DNA of 64,000 nucleotides from Nageia nagi (lineage: Eukaryota; Plantae; Pinophyta). A model generated the notes under the pieces. It searched no databases, was not told where the DNA came from, and worked only from the letters and a program-made list of their open reading frames with translations. Position numbers and translations under genes: made by a program. The DNA lies in the NCBI GenBank assembly GCA_050084985.1, contig JBITNC010000001.1, positions 97,960,001 to 98,024,000 on the forward strand, given 5' to 3'. Within the stretch, counting starts at the first letter, position 1. Each line of letters starts with the position of its first letter. Of the stretch, positions 1 through 13,124 are shown in pieces.

Positions 1-337
1 GTGGAGTATATTACAATCACAAGTACTAGTGCTCAAGCATTGTTGTTGAGAAAATTTTTGGAGGAACTTAATGAGAGATACATTGGTCCTACTATTTTAT
101 TTTATGAAAATTTGAGTGTCATACAATTAGCATATAATCCATTCCATCGCATCAAGTCCAAGCATTTTGATATGAAGTACCACTTCATCTAGGATATGGT
201 GGAGAATAACATCATCAAACTGAAGTATTGCAACACCCTAGATAACATTATAGATATCTTCACAAAATTAGTTATTAAAACTCAATTTTTAAATTTGAGG
301 ATCTTATTAGTGAGTCTCCTCAACATCAAGGGAAGAA
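1..337 (+). pseudogene. Ty1/Copia RNase H C-terminus (decayed) ending in a polypurine tract
   Basis: Translation EYITITSTSAQALLLRKFLEEL...NLSVIQLAYNPFHRIKSKHFDMKYHFI*DMVENNIIKLKYCNTLDNIIDIFTK matches the Copia RNase H motifs (AI.LA.NP.FH.R.KHIDI.YHF; ADIFTK). PPT-like AAGGGAAGAA at 328-337. Confidence 0.85.
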
Positions 338-1418
338 TATTGGAAATTAAGGAATCAAGCCTTCAAGACTAAATTCCTAATTACCTAAGATCCCTTGAAA
401 AACTCTCTCAAATCCTTAAGCATTAAGAATAGTAACTCAAAGTAGCATTCACAAAAGATGATAACAATATAAAGTGGCTCCTCTAACCATGGGATTACAT
501 CCACTAATATAATATCTTATTTTCAAAGAGAAATCTCTCACAACAACTCTTTCTCACTTCTCCTACAACCTAAAAAAGAGCATAACTTTGCTACAAATGT
601 GACTAAGTAATCTTAAGGAGAGGACCTTCTATTTATAGGAAAAAATCATCCCTTGAATCACCCTTTTAACCATTGTACAATGTCATGATATGCAACACCA
701 TTTTACACAAGGGGCATGCTCATGATATGGAGTGTAGGACAAGTTACATTATCATATTCATAAATACTTAAAAGGCATCTAGGGATACTTTTAAGTATTA
801 GTGAATTTACATTATCATATTCACTATTAAATGAATTACATTAAGAGACCTTATAATAATATAGTATTCATTCCAATAGGAAACTTAGCTCACAGATTAA
901 GGTCCAAATATGAGATTATTACATTTTCAACCTTATGTTCCCAAGCTTAGTGCACCTCATCCTAGGTGTAGTGCACTTCACAACTTCATCCCATATGCAA
1001 TGCACCTCACTCCATGTGCAATGCACCCCACTACTAGGCATAGTGCACCTACAAAAAGAGCTTGATGGGCTATTTTTAGCATGTGTGGGATGTCATTTTT
1101 TTATCTTCAAGTTTAGATTAGATGTTAGTATTTTGAGTGTTAGTTTCTCCCAATTGTTATTTAGCATGATAGGGTATAATTAGAAATTCTAACTTTTTAT
1201 TTATGGATTGATTTATAACAAGTTGTGATCATGCAACTTAATTTTATATTTAGCATAGTCTATTTCTAGGTTTTTCTAAAATCTATATATGTAATAATTT
1301 TGTTTTTCAAATCAATGAAAGTAGAACACTTCTCAACTAGAACCAAAGAATCATAATTGTATCTTTTTGAGCTATTCTAATACATCCAAATTCTATCTCC
1401 TATATAACACCATTAACA
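338..1418 (+). mobile_element. 3' LTR of the Copia above, interrupted at its 5' end by a solo LTR (right boundary approximate)
   Basis: Starts TATTGGAAA (decayed TG) directly after the PPT and resumes at 884. Candidate end ...CATTAACA at 1418. Contains degenerate ~20-bp TGCACCTCA repeats at about 950-1052. Confidence 0.45.
347..878 (-). mobile_element. Solo LTR of the Copia family seen at 14452-26696, TSD GGAAA
   Basis: The reverse complement aligns with the LTR at 14452-14951 (e.g. CCTATAAATAGAAGG, TTGTACAATGGTTAAAAGGG, GAATATGATAATGTAACTT). GGAAA at 342-346 and 879-883. Confidence 0.85.
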
Positions 1419-2199
1419 AAAAGTTCATTATTTTCAAAGATTTAATTTTTGTGAAACTAAGGATGAAGATATTGTTGGGCAAGATTTGGATCATCTTGAA
1501 AAGTATGCCTAGATAAAAATATGGCATGAATTTTAGAATGAAAACAAACCTTAAAAGGGGAGGGGTACTCATATTGGATCAATTTTTGGAATCTACCCTC
1601 AAACACATGAAGTTAAAAAAATCCCCACCAATAATAAGAATAAATTCCATCATTAGAAAAACCTTCTACTTCAAAGAATTGAGAACAAGTTAGTAGACTG
1701 TTGCAAAATATCATAATAGAATTGGAATATTAAGTATTAATGGAGCTTAAAATCAGGTAAGTGAAATATTTGTACATCCATTGAACAATTTGAACCCACA
1801 CTAAAATTTTCAAAGAGGATAATAAACAAATTTCCTATGGAGTGATCTTATGAATTGAATCTAGCAACAACCTCAAAATCAACTTCCTTAAAGGAAACCA
1901 TAACTCAATAAATGTAGAGGAATGTTATTCAAAATGAATATGATAGTCATAAAAAAAAAACACAAGAATTGGTCAATCATTAATTAAGAGTTGGTCAATA
2001 ACACAAACTATGATTAGTAACATAAGTCTTTTACCATCCTTTTAAATGCAAAGGTTTGTAGGACCTATCAAAATTTGTCCAAATAAGAAAATAAATATTT
2101 CAATGAATCATTTGAATGATTTTTTCTTATATAATTAATTTGTATAATAAAATCATAAATATTGTTTTGATTGTTTGGTTTAAGAATTAATGGATTAAG

Positions 2200-3095
2200 C
2201 TATAATCACAAATACCTTTGTAGGTTTCTCTTATGTCTTTTGTAGAGTGGGCAAAAAATGAGAAAATGAATCTCATCTTCTATGGAATTTAGGTTATAAA
2301 ATTTACAAATTATTTTCTCCAAAAGTGTTTTTGGTATTATCCATATATCAATTTCACTATAAAGTTCAAGTGAATTAGTTCTTAATTTAGCAATCACAAG
2401 ATTCATTTTGAAATTAATAATCTTATGTGGATAAGAAGGATGTTCAAGTTTTAAATTAATGATATTTTTATAATAGGATATTTTTTTTTATCTTTGATAT
2501 TATCATCATTTAAAAAAAATAGAATTAATTTATTTGCAATTTGTACTTCTAATTTGTCATAATCATAAGGGTTATGTTGTTGTGTATACACCAAAAATCA
2601 AGCCAGTTATCAAAGTATTTCAGCCAACCTCTCTTAAGATGTTGATGAGTTACACATGTTTGTTGGGTGTAAACAAGTAATATAAGGTTATTTAGTTTTA
2701 AAAGCTTATAATTGTATAATATATATCATTTTAAGGCTTCACTTTCAATGGAAAGTAATCTAGATTTCATGAGAAGTATAAGATAAGGTATGTTATTCTT
2801 AATTTTGAAGTTATAAAGGATAAATTATTTTTGAATTTGCTCAATTTTATTCCAAGTTTTTTGGGAAATACTTACACCCTATAATTTAGAACTATAAAAT
2901 AATACCAAAGTTGCAAGGTAGGAGAAAAGAGTTTTTCTTTAATCTCAATTGTAAAGTCCTACATCTTTACAATTATTTTCTAAGTCATAAAAGGCTTTCC
3001 ACTTAGTTGAGATTCTTTTTTCAACACTTATATTCCAATTTAGTTTATGATTTATTTCAATAAATAAGTATTTATAAGATTTGACTATCTCTAAG
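2200..3095 (-). mobile_element. Non-LTR retrotransposon (RTE/RTE-X-like LINE) RT C-terminal remnant; continues at 41460-41510
   Basis: Minus-strand translation LEIVKSYKYLFIEINHKLNWNISVEKRI...KAFYDLENNCK and IAKLRTNSLELYSEIDIW...IEDEIHFLIFCPLY (YKYLG-like motif plus C-terminal Cys/His motif). The frame NQLLEIVKSYKYL rejoins across the CTAAG TSD. Clade assignment is tentative. Confidence 0.7.
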
Positions 3096-4685
3096 TGTAA
3101 CAACACTCTTTTCAGGACCTTTATTTTACAATTGCACTAGTAGGAATGATTTGTATAGTTGCCAAAAAGGATATCTAGATTAGCTTCTTGGTGATGTTAT
3201 TTAATCTTGATGATAAGAAGAGAATGCATTTTTGATATGGACAAAGAAATCCTTACTAAATGGTTTTTATATTTGTGTATACATTTAATAATTATTTTAA
3301 GATTAAGCCTTGCAGGATAGGTGAAGAATGCCTTACATTCAAATCAAGAAAGATGATAATTATCAATTAAAGTCCAAGGAAGTATATATAATACTTACCT
3401 CCATCATCTTCGCATATGGCTTAAGAAATATATATAATATCTCATATAATAATAGTAAAATTATTATTAACATGTAAATTATGATTACAGTTATAATTAT
3501 GATTTTGTTGGTAATATGATTCTATAGAATGCTTATAATATGATCATTTTTGGGGGAAGTTATTACTTTATAGGATAGTTATGCAATAAAGAATTGAAGA
3601 TCAATATATCAATTGTGCATATGCAATTTCCCTTACTTAAAGTTTTTTAATAACTATATTTTGATAAATGAGATAATAGAATTCCTTCACCTTATTTTAT
3701 AAGTTAAAAAGGATGGAGTCAAGACAAAAAGGAAAAAGGATCTAATTACGATATTCTTTTATATAGAGTGATAAAAGAATAATATACCTTGAATTAGTAA
3801 TTTAAAATAAATATTTTATTATGTTCTAACAAAGTATTATCTCCTATAATGCAAGTTAAGAATTAAAGAAGCAAAAAGCAAAGATATTTATTTAATCCCT
3901 ATAGACTTTCTTTTATTAAACTTCAATATAATATATAAACTAATTAATGAGAATTAATCAATGTGATATTTCCTTTAACATAGGAAAAAGCTATAATTTT
4001 GAAGAAGATGATGATAATACAAAGATCATTCAAAGAAAAGATGCAAGAGTTGAAGAAGTAGGAAGAGGAAGGGACTTGGTAGCAAAAGAGACAAATACAT
4101 GGTAGCCATTCTATTACAAGAAGAAGGAGGAGAATTATATAAAAAGAGAGAAAACCTACTTTATAGGTTTGTTAAGAGGGGAATGATTTTGAAATAAAAA
4201 TTATATTTTCTACAAGGTTTTTGTTGCGAATTTTGTATGGAGTTATGTTTCCTTTAGATTGAAACTATATGAAGGACAATGGAGTTGGAGTTGGATGGTT
4301 AACTAGAGTTGAGGTAACCATGTATTATTCCATATATCTAGTTAGGGATACCTTTTAATAAAATTAATACTTCTAAAATATTATGAATGAATCTAGTAAC
4401 CGATATTTTGCTGCATGTATTTAAATTTATTAGGATTTATTACTATGTTTGATGGATCTTCTATTCTATTATCACATCTATGAGATAGAATGGATTTTGG
4501 ATATGGGTTCATTATGTTTGAGTATATGATCAATTTATTATAAACATTTTTTTGGTTGTATGCATTTCTTGTAATATTAGTTGACTTTGAGAAGATGATT
4601 TCAGTTGTTATGGATTTGATTCATAAATCAAGGAAGAGAGATGGAATTGGATTATTTTTTAAGTATAAAAAATTGGGATATGACA
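3096..4685 (+). repeat. 5' LTR (~1.59 kb) of the outer element
   Basis: TGTAACAAC...GGGATATGACA; collinear with 39933-41459. Confidence 0.9.
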
Positions 4686-6370
4686 TACGGTATTAGAGAC
4701 AAACTCGGCTCTTCAAGGCCAAAGGGAATAGAATGATTGCTTCTTTGGGTACTTGTTTGATGAATCTAGATCTAGAGTATGATTGATTCACCAATTGTAT
4801 TCTTAGGTAGGATCTTGAGACATAAATTTGACTACAAAATAAATAAAATTTTCTTTACTTTATATGTATGCCTTGTTTGAAAATATAAAATTTCTAAATG
4901 AATTATTTTATGGGAAGAAATACTTTGTATGGAAACCTTGTGAAGGTTAAAAGTATTTTCATGTTAGAAATTCTCTCCTTAAATGGATGTATGTCTATGA
5001 AAACCCCATAGAGGGATCCTGATACTTGTAATGCATTTAATTGTCTAAACAAGACAACCTTAACATAACATATTGGAATGAAAAGTAGTTAAATTATGAC
5101 TTAAACATAAGGTCATGTTTATACTCAAACAAAACAACCTTAACATAAGTTTAATAAGAAATATATTTGAGAACAATTGAAGATTACTCAAATGTGTAAA
5201 ATAAATTATAGATGAGATTCTAAGTCTAGGGAACAACTTAACAATAAAATTGTTAAGGTTTGACATTAAGGAAATATTTTGAGTACTAGTTAGGTTGCTC
5301 AAAATTTTTCAAAGATAAATTGAAGTCATCACTATGAATTTTATATTTAAGAAAGTTGTTAAATTTTAATGCATGAATATGTTAGATCATGTATGGTTAA
5401 TGATGCAATAATATGTTATATCATGGATGGTTAATAATGCATGAATATGATAGACCATGGATGGTTAATGACGTATTAAGAACATTTGATCTTAAGATGA
5501 ATTATTCACCTTATGTAAAGATGCTATAATTATGTGAGGTTTGAAACTCAATAAACCTTATTGAGTTGGATTGTTAATAAATGATCATGGGTTTGATGTT
5601 CAAATGAGTGGATTTGAATTATTGTTTGTTTTGATGCATTATTAAATAGGTTGATGTTAAGAATGATTTATCAATTTTCTTTTTACAAGGGACAAGAAGT
5701 CTTCATTAGCATCGATGCGTGCTTATGATGAATAGTCCTTCAATATGGAATATTGTTTAAACAAGAATATAAGGATCAAGGTTGATCATGATTCATGTTT
5801 TGTGAATGATTCTACTATTGTATTATTATTCCCTATTCTAAAAGCAACAATTTAGGTAATACAAAAATTTCTACATAGGAGAATGAAGCAACGAGCATAT
5901 GCTTCATTATATGAAAAACATAACATGTCTATTATATTCACTCATATAAATAGTAAAAATATCATATGTATTTATTCTTCCTTACCTATGTCTTCTCCCA
6001 ACAAGATCATAAATTATTTACCTCTTGGAAATTTGAAACTTTTTTTTTATAATCATTCTTGAAGTATGTGACATATATTTGACTAATGATTAACTTACTA
6101 ACAAGAGCCCTCTTTAGTAGGTATTCAAAGAGCTTGCTTTGATCTCCCTTCCTCATTATGGCCTCTACCAACATCCTATTATATGTGCAAGGATATTGTA
6201 CTAGTCATATGGGTATACCTTTAGGCCTTTTAGGATATGATATTTTGACCTACAATTGATCTAAAACCAACACCTTCACTAACCTAGGTTTGTGTGCTTC
6301 ATATTTTTTTTATTGTTTAATTTTACCTCTTTATTTTCTTATTCCTTGGTCTCAATTCCCATTTTCTTAT

Positions 6371-6756
6371 GGTCCCCAAGACAACATTGTGTTGGTAAAG
6401 TGTTGTAATTCGACGGAGGGAGGTCTCAAGTTCGAGTCTCCTTAGTGGTCCCCTCATGTTGTGGTGTGAATCCAATATGGATATAGTTTGGATGTAATTT
6501 AGTTATAATTTGGATGTAATTTGATTGTAATATTTCTAGTTATGGGGCCCGATCAAAACCTTATATATTTGGTTAGGGGTCCCATTCAAAACCCTCATGT
6601 ATCTAGTTGGGGGACTTGGTCAAAAGCCTCATGAGCCCACACAGGTGGTAAAAATTCTCCTCAATTTACCTTGAGACATTCTTACTTATGGGTTGGGGCA
6701 TGGATCTAAGAGGATTAGTGGCTTCAGTTGACACCTCTTATGTATAAAAAAAAAAA
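6371..6756 (+). mobile_element. tRNA-derived SINE with poly(A) tail and 12-bp TSD
   Basis: B-box GTTCGAGTC at about 6430 with an A-box-like segment upstream; 3' A-run at about 6746-6756. TSD CCATTTTCTTAT at 6359-6370 and 6759-6770. Confidence 0.8.
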
Positions 6757-6779
6757 CTCCATTTTCTTATCCTTATTCT

Positions 6780-7870
6780 TCTTTTATTCCCACATATTCT
6801 CTTTATTTTTTCCTTTTGTGATTGCTACTTATCTTCCTTTTTTTTGTTTTTCCTTTTGAGGTGCCTTATTCTTTATTTATTTTTCCTTTTCCATATTGTC
6901 CTCTAATTCCACATTTTTCTCCTCTTGATGCATCTCTTCCTCATTTTGCTCTTTTTCATTTGGAGTTTCTTCATTCTTCTTTCTTGGTCTTCTTTCTTTT
7001 ATTTTTAAGTTTAATGGTTGTTGTTACTCTTCCAAATTTATAACCTACACAAAATTCTTCTTTACTAATTTTCATCCTCCATTGGTTGCTCTACTTTCTA
7101 TCTTTTCCCTAGTGATTCTTGTGGTTATTCCATGTTGTAACTTTTTTGCTTTAGTCTCTTCTATTTCTTTTTTTTTGTTGCATATCTTCCTCTTTATGTA
7201 GGTGTGTTCTATTTCTCTTTTTTTTTGTACTTTGGTACATCCTTATATTGAGTGTTATCCTTGTTTTTCTCTTCATTGTCCCTTTCCCTTACATATGGCA
7301 TAACATCTTTTAATTTTACTTCTTTCTCCACCTTTCCTATACCCACCTTTTTCTTTTTAGTGATCTTTTTATCTGGTTTTATTTGGCTCCTATTTATATT
7401 TTTCTTTCTGTTTAACATTTATTTCAAGGGGATGTCTTCCTCTTCTTTCCCAATGTTAATTTTTGGGTTAGATTTTGATTTTCTTATCAATGTTATGTCA
7501 TACACTAATTTGAGGATTGTCTGATGCAATGGTAGGCTTGCCTCTCCTTTTTGTACCTTCTTGATTAAAATTTCAAGAGAATGAAAGATAAAGAATGGAA
7601 AATTTTCCTTTTATGCTTTCCCAAACTTAAAATGATTTAACAAGCTAAAGTGATATGCAAAAAAAAACTTCTTTTCATTTTAAAGTTACATACATCATCA
7701 GGAATCTTGCAACTTCATCTCACAGCTTGAGCAAACTACTCCTCTCAAACTCAATTCCATGTTTAATATATTCCTCTATAGGCTCCCAAAATTTGGATTT
7801 TTTATTGATTTTGTTAAGTTTACTTTCTCTCTTGATTTGCTTTCCTTCATTTGGTTACATCACCTTATAG
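6780..7870 (-). pseudogene. Decayed K/E-rich ORF fragment, probably a retrotransposon accessory ORF
   Basis: Minus-strand ARFLMMYVTLK*KEVFFAYHFSLLNHFKFG near 7620-7710, followed by low-complexity K/E-rich sequence. Many stops; boundaries unclear. Confidence 0.35.
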
Positions 7871-8434
7871 TAATGATATATAAATAAATCTTAGTATGTG
7901 AAAGAATATTTATATTATATGAAACAAGTAATAATCTTAGAAGTATTCTTTTTAAGAAGATGAAAATTAAGATTTATATATGAACAATGAAAGGTTATCA
8001 TAATTCTCTAAAACATAGAGGAATGAATCTCACAAGACATTAGAAAATGCTTAAGTAAGAGTTATGAATTGCATTATTACTCGATAAATGAGTTTAGTGA
8101 TAAAATATTTTAATCATTGGAATTAGGATCACGTTGGTATCTTAGGTGAAATGAGTAATTTTATTGGAGTGTCTTGGATTCCTTCCATGTTATTATTATT
8201 TTTCAATGCATTATAATTTATAAAAATTTATGCAAGGAGACATATAGAAGGGTGTGATATAAGTATGCATTAAAGAATGTACATGTTGGCATATTCAACA
8301 TAGAGAGGTATGTTGGAAGATAAAATGTCCATGTTTTTCATTGGATGATTTCAATAGAAAAGTTGAATGTATGACCTATCTCCCAAAATAATTGACTTAA
8401 AATCATGAATAGATGATTTTCTTATGAACAATGT

Positions 8435-8468
<34 letters not shown>
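8435..8468. repeat. (TA)n(TG)n microsatellite
   Basis: About (TA)5(TG)12 read directly. Confidence 0.95.
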
Positions 8469-8469
<1 letters not shown>

Positions 8470-8505
8470 TCTTTTGCATTACAGGTGATTATTAAGCATG
8501 GTAAG

Positions 8506-8619
8506 TGTAAGGATCCAAATAAACCCTCAAGTGCAAATTAGCAAATTCAAACCCTGATGTCAAGGTATATTGGTTGAAATTTATCGATTTGCACTTGAGG
8601 ATTTATTTGGATCCTTATA
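8506..8619. repeat. Inverted repeat (hairpin), ~48-bp arms
   Basis: TGTAAGGATCCAAATAAACCCTCAAGTGCAAAT ... ATTTGCACTTGAGGATTTATTTGGATCCTTATA. Confidence 0.9.
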
Positions 8620-9279
8620 GTCATATCAGATATTAGATTTGGCTAGCCTGTGAGGTTAAGATATAGCTAGAAGAAAATTGAACTAGTAGATTGGGAGGTC
8701 TACACTTAAAAGGACAATTTCGAGGTCAAAACAATAGTTTTTTGGAAAAGTATAAATTCCTAGACTAAGTAGTTTAGTCTTTGGAGGATATATTTGCAAA
8801 TCTAAAGGCCATTTCCAAGTATAAAAAGACTTTATCTATCATCCTAGAAAATTAGAAAAATTTAATATGAAGGTTTCATGTTTTTAATTTAGGGATTTGA
8901 ATATTATGGCATCGTGGGAAGAAATAGAGAAGTATGATCAGCTCATACATTTTTGCAAATCATTGGTCACATAGATACAACAACAAATTGAGGAGTTACA
9001 TTTTTTTCCTAAATATACTCCCTAAGAAGAAATTTTGGGGGTTACACCAACCCTAGATCATTTCAACCTGGCTGTAGGAGAGAGTAGGGGGAAAAATTAT
9101 ATCAGATCTAGAGAAGATTTCAAATCTCAAGATACTCTTCATGCAAAAAGAAGAATTCAACATTCTCCACTATCATGTTCATCTCCACCATGGATACAAA
9201 AATACCAAAGAAGCATTTTGAGAGAATCAATAGGAATTGATAAGATTCCTATATTTGATGGTGAGGATAGATAAGGAGT

Positions 9280-9490
9280 CTTAGCATCACATGTTGGGAA
9301 TAAAGGAAGTTTGGCATCCCATGCTAGACATAAAGAAGGCTTGGCACCCAACATTGAACCAAGAAGAGGTTTACCACCCGACATTGAGCACCAAGGAGCT
9401 TGGGCACCCAACGTTGAACTAGGAAGAGGTTTAACACCCCATGTTGAGCACCAAAGAGCTTGGGCACCCAATGTTGGACAAGAAGGAGAA
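9280..9490 (+). repeat. 30-bp tandem repeat (~7 units) encoding 10-aa repeats
   Basis: NIEPRRGLPP/DIEHQGAWAP/NVELGRGLTP/HVEHQRAWAP within ORF 9311-9616. Confidence 0.85.
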
Positions 9491-10714
9491 TTGGTAAAGG
9501 ATGAATCTTGGATTAGCCATGTTGACACCCCAAAAAGGTATGAAAGCAATTCTAATTTCTATAAAAGTAATTTAAAAATTTTGTATGGTATTGTTGAGAG
9601 TAATAAATATTGGTGAGAAAGAGCAAAAAGCCATTATTATTTCATATTTGGTTTCCAAAAATAGTAGTAGTAAGAAAAGTGAAGATAGCTTTGAATCTAA
9701 CATGGAGTAAGATAAATATTGCAAAGAAGAGACTACTATTTCAAATCTTGGAAAATTAGAAATCATTGTATCACCACATGAGTTACGTCAAGTAGAGCTA
9801 CAAGATGTTTTCTTCAAAATGTAAACACCCCTATTTTTTGAGAATGTAGTGAAGAAAAAGAAGCTTAATGTAGATGTGAATGTTGAAACTTTTCAATTAT
9901 CTTGTGAGTATGCACATACTAGTTTCATGCCTCTGGTTTCATGGTGTAATGTATGAAAAGAATCAATTCTTCATGTGAATTGCAATAGTCTTCTAGCTCT
10001 ATGGGATTGGGTATGTTAGCACATAATGGAAAACTAAGAAGGTTGGAGGTAATTATATGGAATGAAAATGAAAGCATGAAGGTTTCCAAATCAACTTTAC
10101 AGGAGAAAGGGGAAACAATTTCATCTTATGATGAAGAACTTGATGGTCCTTGTAACTACTTTGATCTTTGGCACATGACATGGGGTAATGACCTCACTTG
10201 TTTTAGCTCACTTTGGTTATTTTTGTGCTTGTAAAAATTCATAGCTTCTCTTGAAGGAGTTGAACATGAGAAGTGCATCATACTTTCTCATGACATATTT
10301 ACTTACAACCAAAGCATAAAGAAGATTGGTAGTACACTTGTTGATTTTTGTGGTCATTATGTTCTTAAAAATTCATTACTATTTGGGGTAAGGGATCATG
10401 TCATTTTAGAAGTTACTTTGCTACTCCAAAAGGATACAATATATGAGGAAAAATCATGCACTAATAGGAGGTTTTACTCTTCATCTTTGTGCTTGGTATG
10501 GGTTGATCCAAAAGGGAAATATTCAAATCTAATTTCAATTTTCTTTGACCTAAGTTGGTATATTTCAAGGAAGAAATTGATAGGGGAAGATGGAAGATTG
10601 TTTGGGATACTTTGTCCACTTATGATCCACATGGTTCTAGCCCCACATTCAGTTGTATAATTGCTACCCCAAATTCCCTATTTGGAGCTTTACACTCATT
10701 GATTTTTGTGAGAA

Positions 10715-11697
10715 GGGTAAGTGCAAGAAGATGAGTCTCACTTTGGAGGAACTCTTATGAATTGCTAGGTTTTTGTATTTATTTAATAACTTTTTATTTT
10801 TTTGGAATTATCAAAAATATATATATGTGCATAATTTACATACAATTCTTCAGAATTTAAATAAAAAATTAATTAAAAATGATAAGTTTTATTCAAATTA
10901 TGTTTGCTAGACATGAGCATTTTATAAACGATAATCATGGCCAATAAAAAATTAATAAAAAATAAAATATTCATGAAAAAATATAAAAATAATACTCCAT
11001 AATATTAGTGTCTTAGGTATCTTTAACTAATAGAATTTAAAAAAATATTTTAATTTAGGTCCAATTATGCTTGACGGACACGATTGGTATGGTCTTGAAA
11101 TTGTATTTTTTACATAGTGGGTTTTGTATTTGTTTAATAACTTTTTTGTTTTTTGGAATTGTAAAAAAATAATATATGTGCATAATCTGCATACAATTTT
11201 TCATAAGATAAAAAAAATACAAATTAAAATTGATAAATTTAGGTCAAATTATGGTTGCCAGACATGAGCAATTTTTGAAATAGCAATAGCAGTCAATAAA
11301 ATAATAATAAAAAAATAAAATATTCATGAAAAAATTACAAAAAAATATCATCCACAATCTTTAGTGTCTTAGGTATCTTTTCCCAAAGGAATTTTAAAAT
11401 ATATTTTAATGTAGGTCCAATTATTCTTGCTGGATACAATGGGGGTATGATCCTGAAATTGTATTTTTTAAACAGTGGCTTTTAAACATGCCTACCAAAT
11501 ATTAATTTATATCATATAGGTATTAGAATAAATTACATATTTAAAAAACTAGACTTCGAGAACTACAATTTTACCTAAGTGACCTTTTTCAAGAATCAAG
11601 CTTCAAATTTTGAGATCAATTATGAGAAAACCTAAAAATCAAAGAAAACACTTCCACTTTTTTGCCAAATGTGGGACTCATCTTCTTGCACTTAGCC
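10715..11697. mobile_element. Non-autonomous TIR DNA transposon (MITE-like) with an internal ~355-bp tandem duplication
   Basis: TIRs GGGTAAGTGCAAGAAGATGAGTCTCAC / GTGGGACTCATCTTCTTGCACTTAGCC. Internal units at about 10768-11120 and 11121-11479. TSD unclear (AGAA/AAAA). Confidence 0.8.
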
Positions 11698-12109
11698 AAA
11701 ACATTGCAATTAATGGTGTTTTGAAGATCAATAAGATTGTTACCATTTTGTGCTTAATATGAACTGAGTGTTAGGAAATTTTAAATACCAAATCCATACC
11801 TTTAGAGATAATTATCATGGAGGCAATTAGGATTGAAATTTTCCTATTGTTGTCAACATTTTGGGTTGCATCCTTCATGATTGATAGGGTTGCATTTTTT
11901 AGGACATCAAGGATTGAATATTTCAAGGGAAATAGGATTTTGCAAATGTGTTTTCTAGAAGTGTTTGGACTACATGTTCATTGAATTTTGAGATAATGTT
12001 TATGAAGTTAGTGGCAACATTATGGTCTACATTAATTGTTGATAATAATTCATTTGTTATTGTAATATTTATTCATGACTTTGGGATTGATATACACTCA
12101 GTAAAGATT

Positions 12110-12460
12110 AGATGTTACACATTGAGCTTGGAGGACCTCTTGCACCATACATTGAGCCTTGAGAAGGCTAGATACCTCATGTTGGGCCTTGAGGAGGATT
12201 GCTACCTAAACTTGGATTTGAGGGAGCTTTTACCCCTCACATAGGATATGGAAGAGGTTGGGACTAGACATTGGGCTTGGAGGAGCTCCTAACCCCACAT
12301 TGGAATCAAGGAGACTTTTACACCTAATATGGGAGCTTGATGGATTTTGGTGCATGAATGAGTTTGAGAACTCCATGGTGGGTTGATGATGCTTGAAAAC
12401 CCAACAATTGGGTTGGATGAAGTGTTGGCTTCCCACATTGAGCTTGAGAAAGGCTTAGAC
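12110..12460 (+). repeat. Second degenerate 30-bp tandem array (CACATTG(A/G)G motif)
   Basis: Recurring CACATTGAGCTTG / CATGTTGGGCCTTG / GACATTGGGCTTG at about 30-bp period. Confidence 0.7.
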
Positions 12461-13124
12461 TCAGCTATGGAGAAATGGCTATATCTGTTTATACTCACAT
12501 ATGATTTACTTGCAATTTTTGTAGGTACATTTTTCTAAAAACTTACATATGCATACACTCTTGTGTCTCTTAAGGATTTATTATGAGCCATTGTATGTTG
12601 ATTTTTATTTTAGACTTGAGTATCACACACTTGTTGATTTTTGGTGGGAAATGTTTATTGCTGAGTGGATGTTCATTAGACCACATTCTTGCTCCACATT
12701 ACATGATTTGAATATTGTATTGCATGAGGAAAAATTAGTAATGGTTGAAGGGATTGCTACCCCAATTTTATGCTCCATTTTGTGCTCATCAGGGATAGCA
12801 TTGGGATGTAGGGGGGCTACTCAATTTTTAGATCTATTTGGTGACCTTGAGCAGATGAGGAAGATTGCATACCCTTGTAGATTAATGGTTTGCTCATATA
12901 ATAGATGTTGACATGCATATTCAGGTGTTGGCTTTGCCTCACTTTGAGTATACTAGTTCTATTTTGAGGGTTGTTATGAACAATATTGAGGTTGAGTTGG
13001 TTGAATGCATAGTTGATATGATTTCTTCACATGAGCATGATGGATTCTATTTTTTGAGATGGGTTTGGGACCTTGGATTGTATTGTAATTGATTGAAAGC
13101 AAGCAATCTCGAGAGGGGAGGCTT

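Noticed and set aside
6385-6450. tRNA gene
   Set aside because: No convincing cloverleaf; it is the head of a poly(A)-tailed, TSD-flanked SINE.
6822-7524. Hydrophobic plus-strand ORFs as membrane proteins
   Set aside because: They are the antisense reading of K/E-rich low-complexity sequence.
8506-8619. miRNA precursor or standalone MITE
   Set aside because: Better explained as inverted LTR ends: a PBS-like site follows it and the matching TSD is at 27085.
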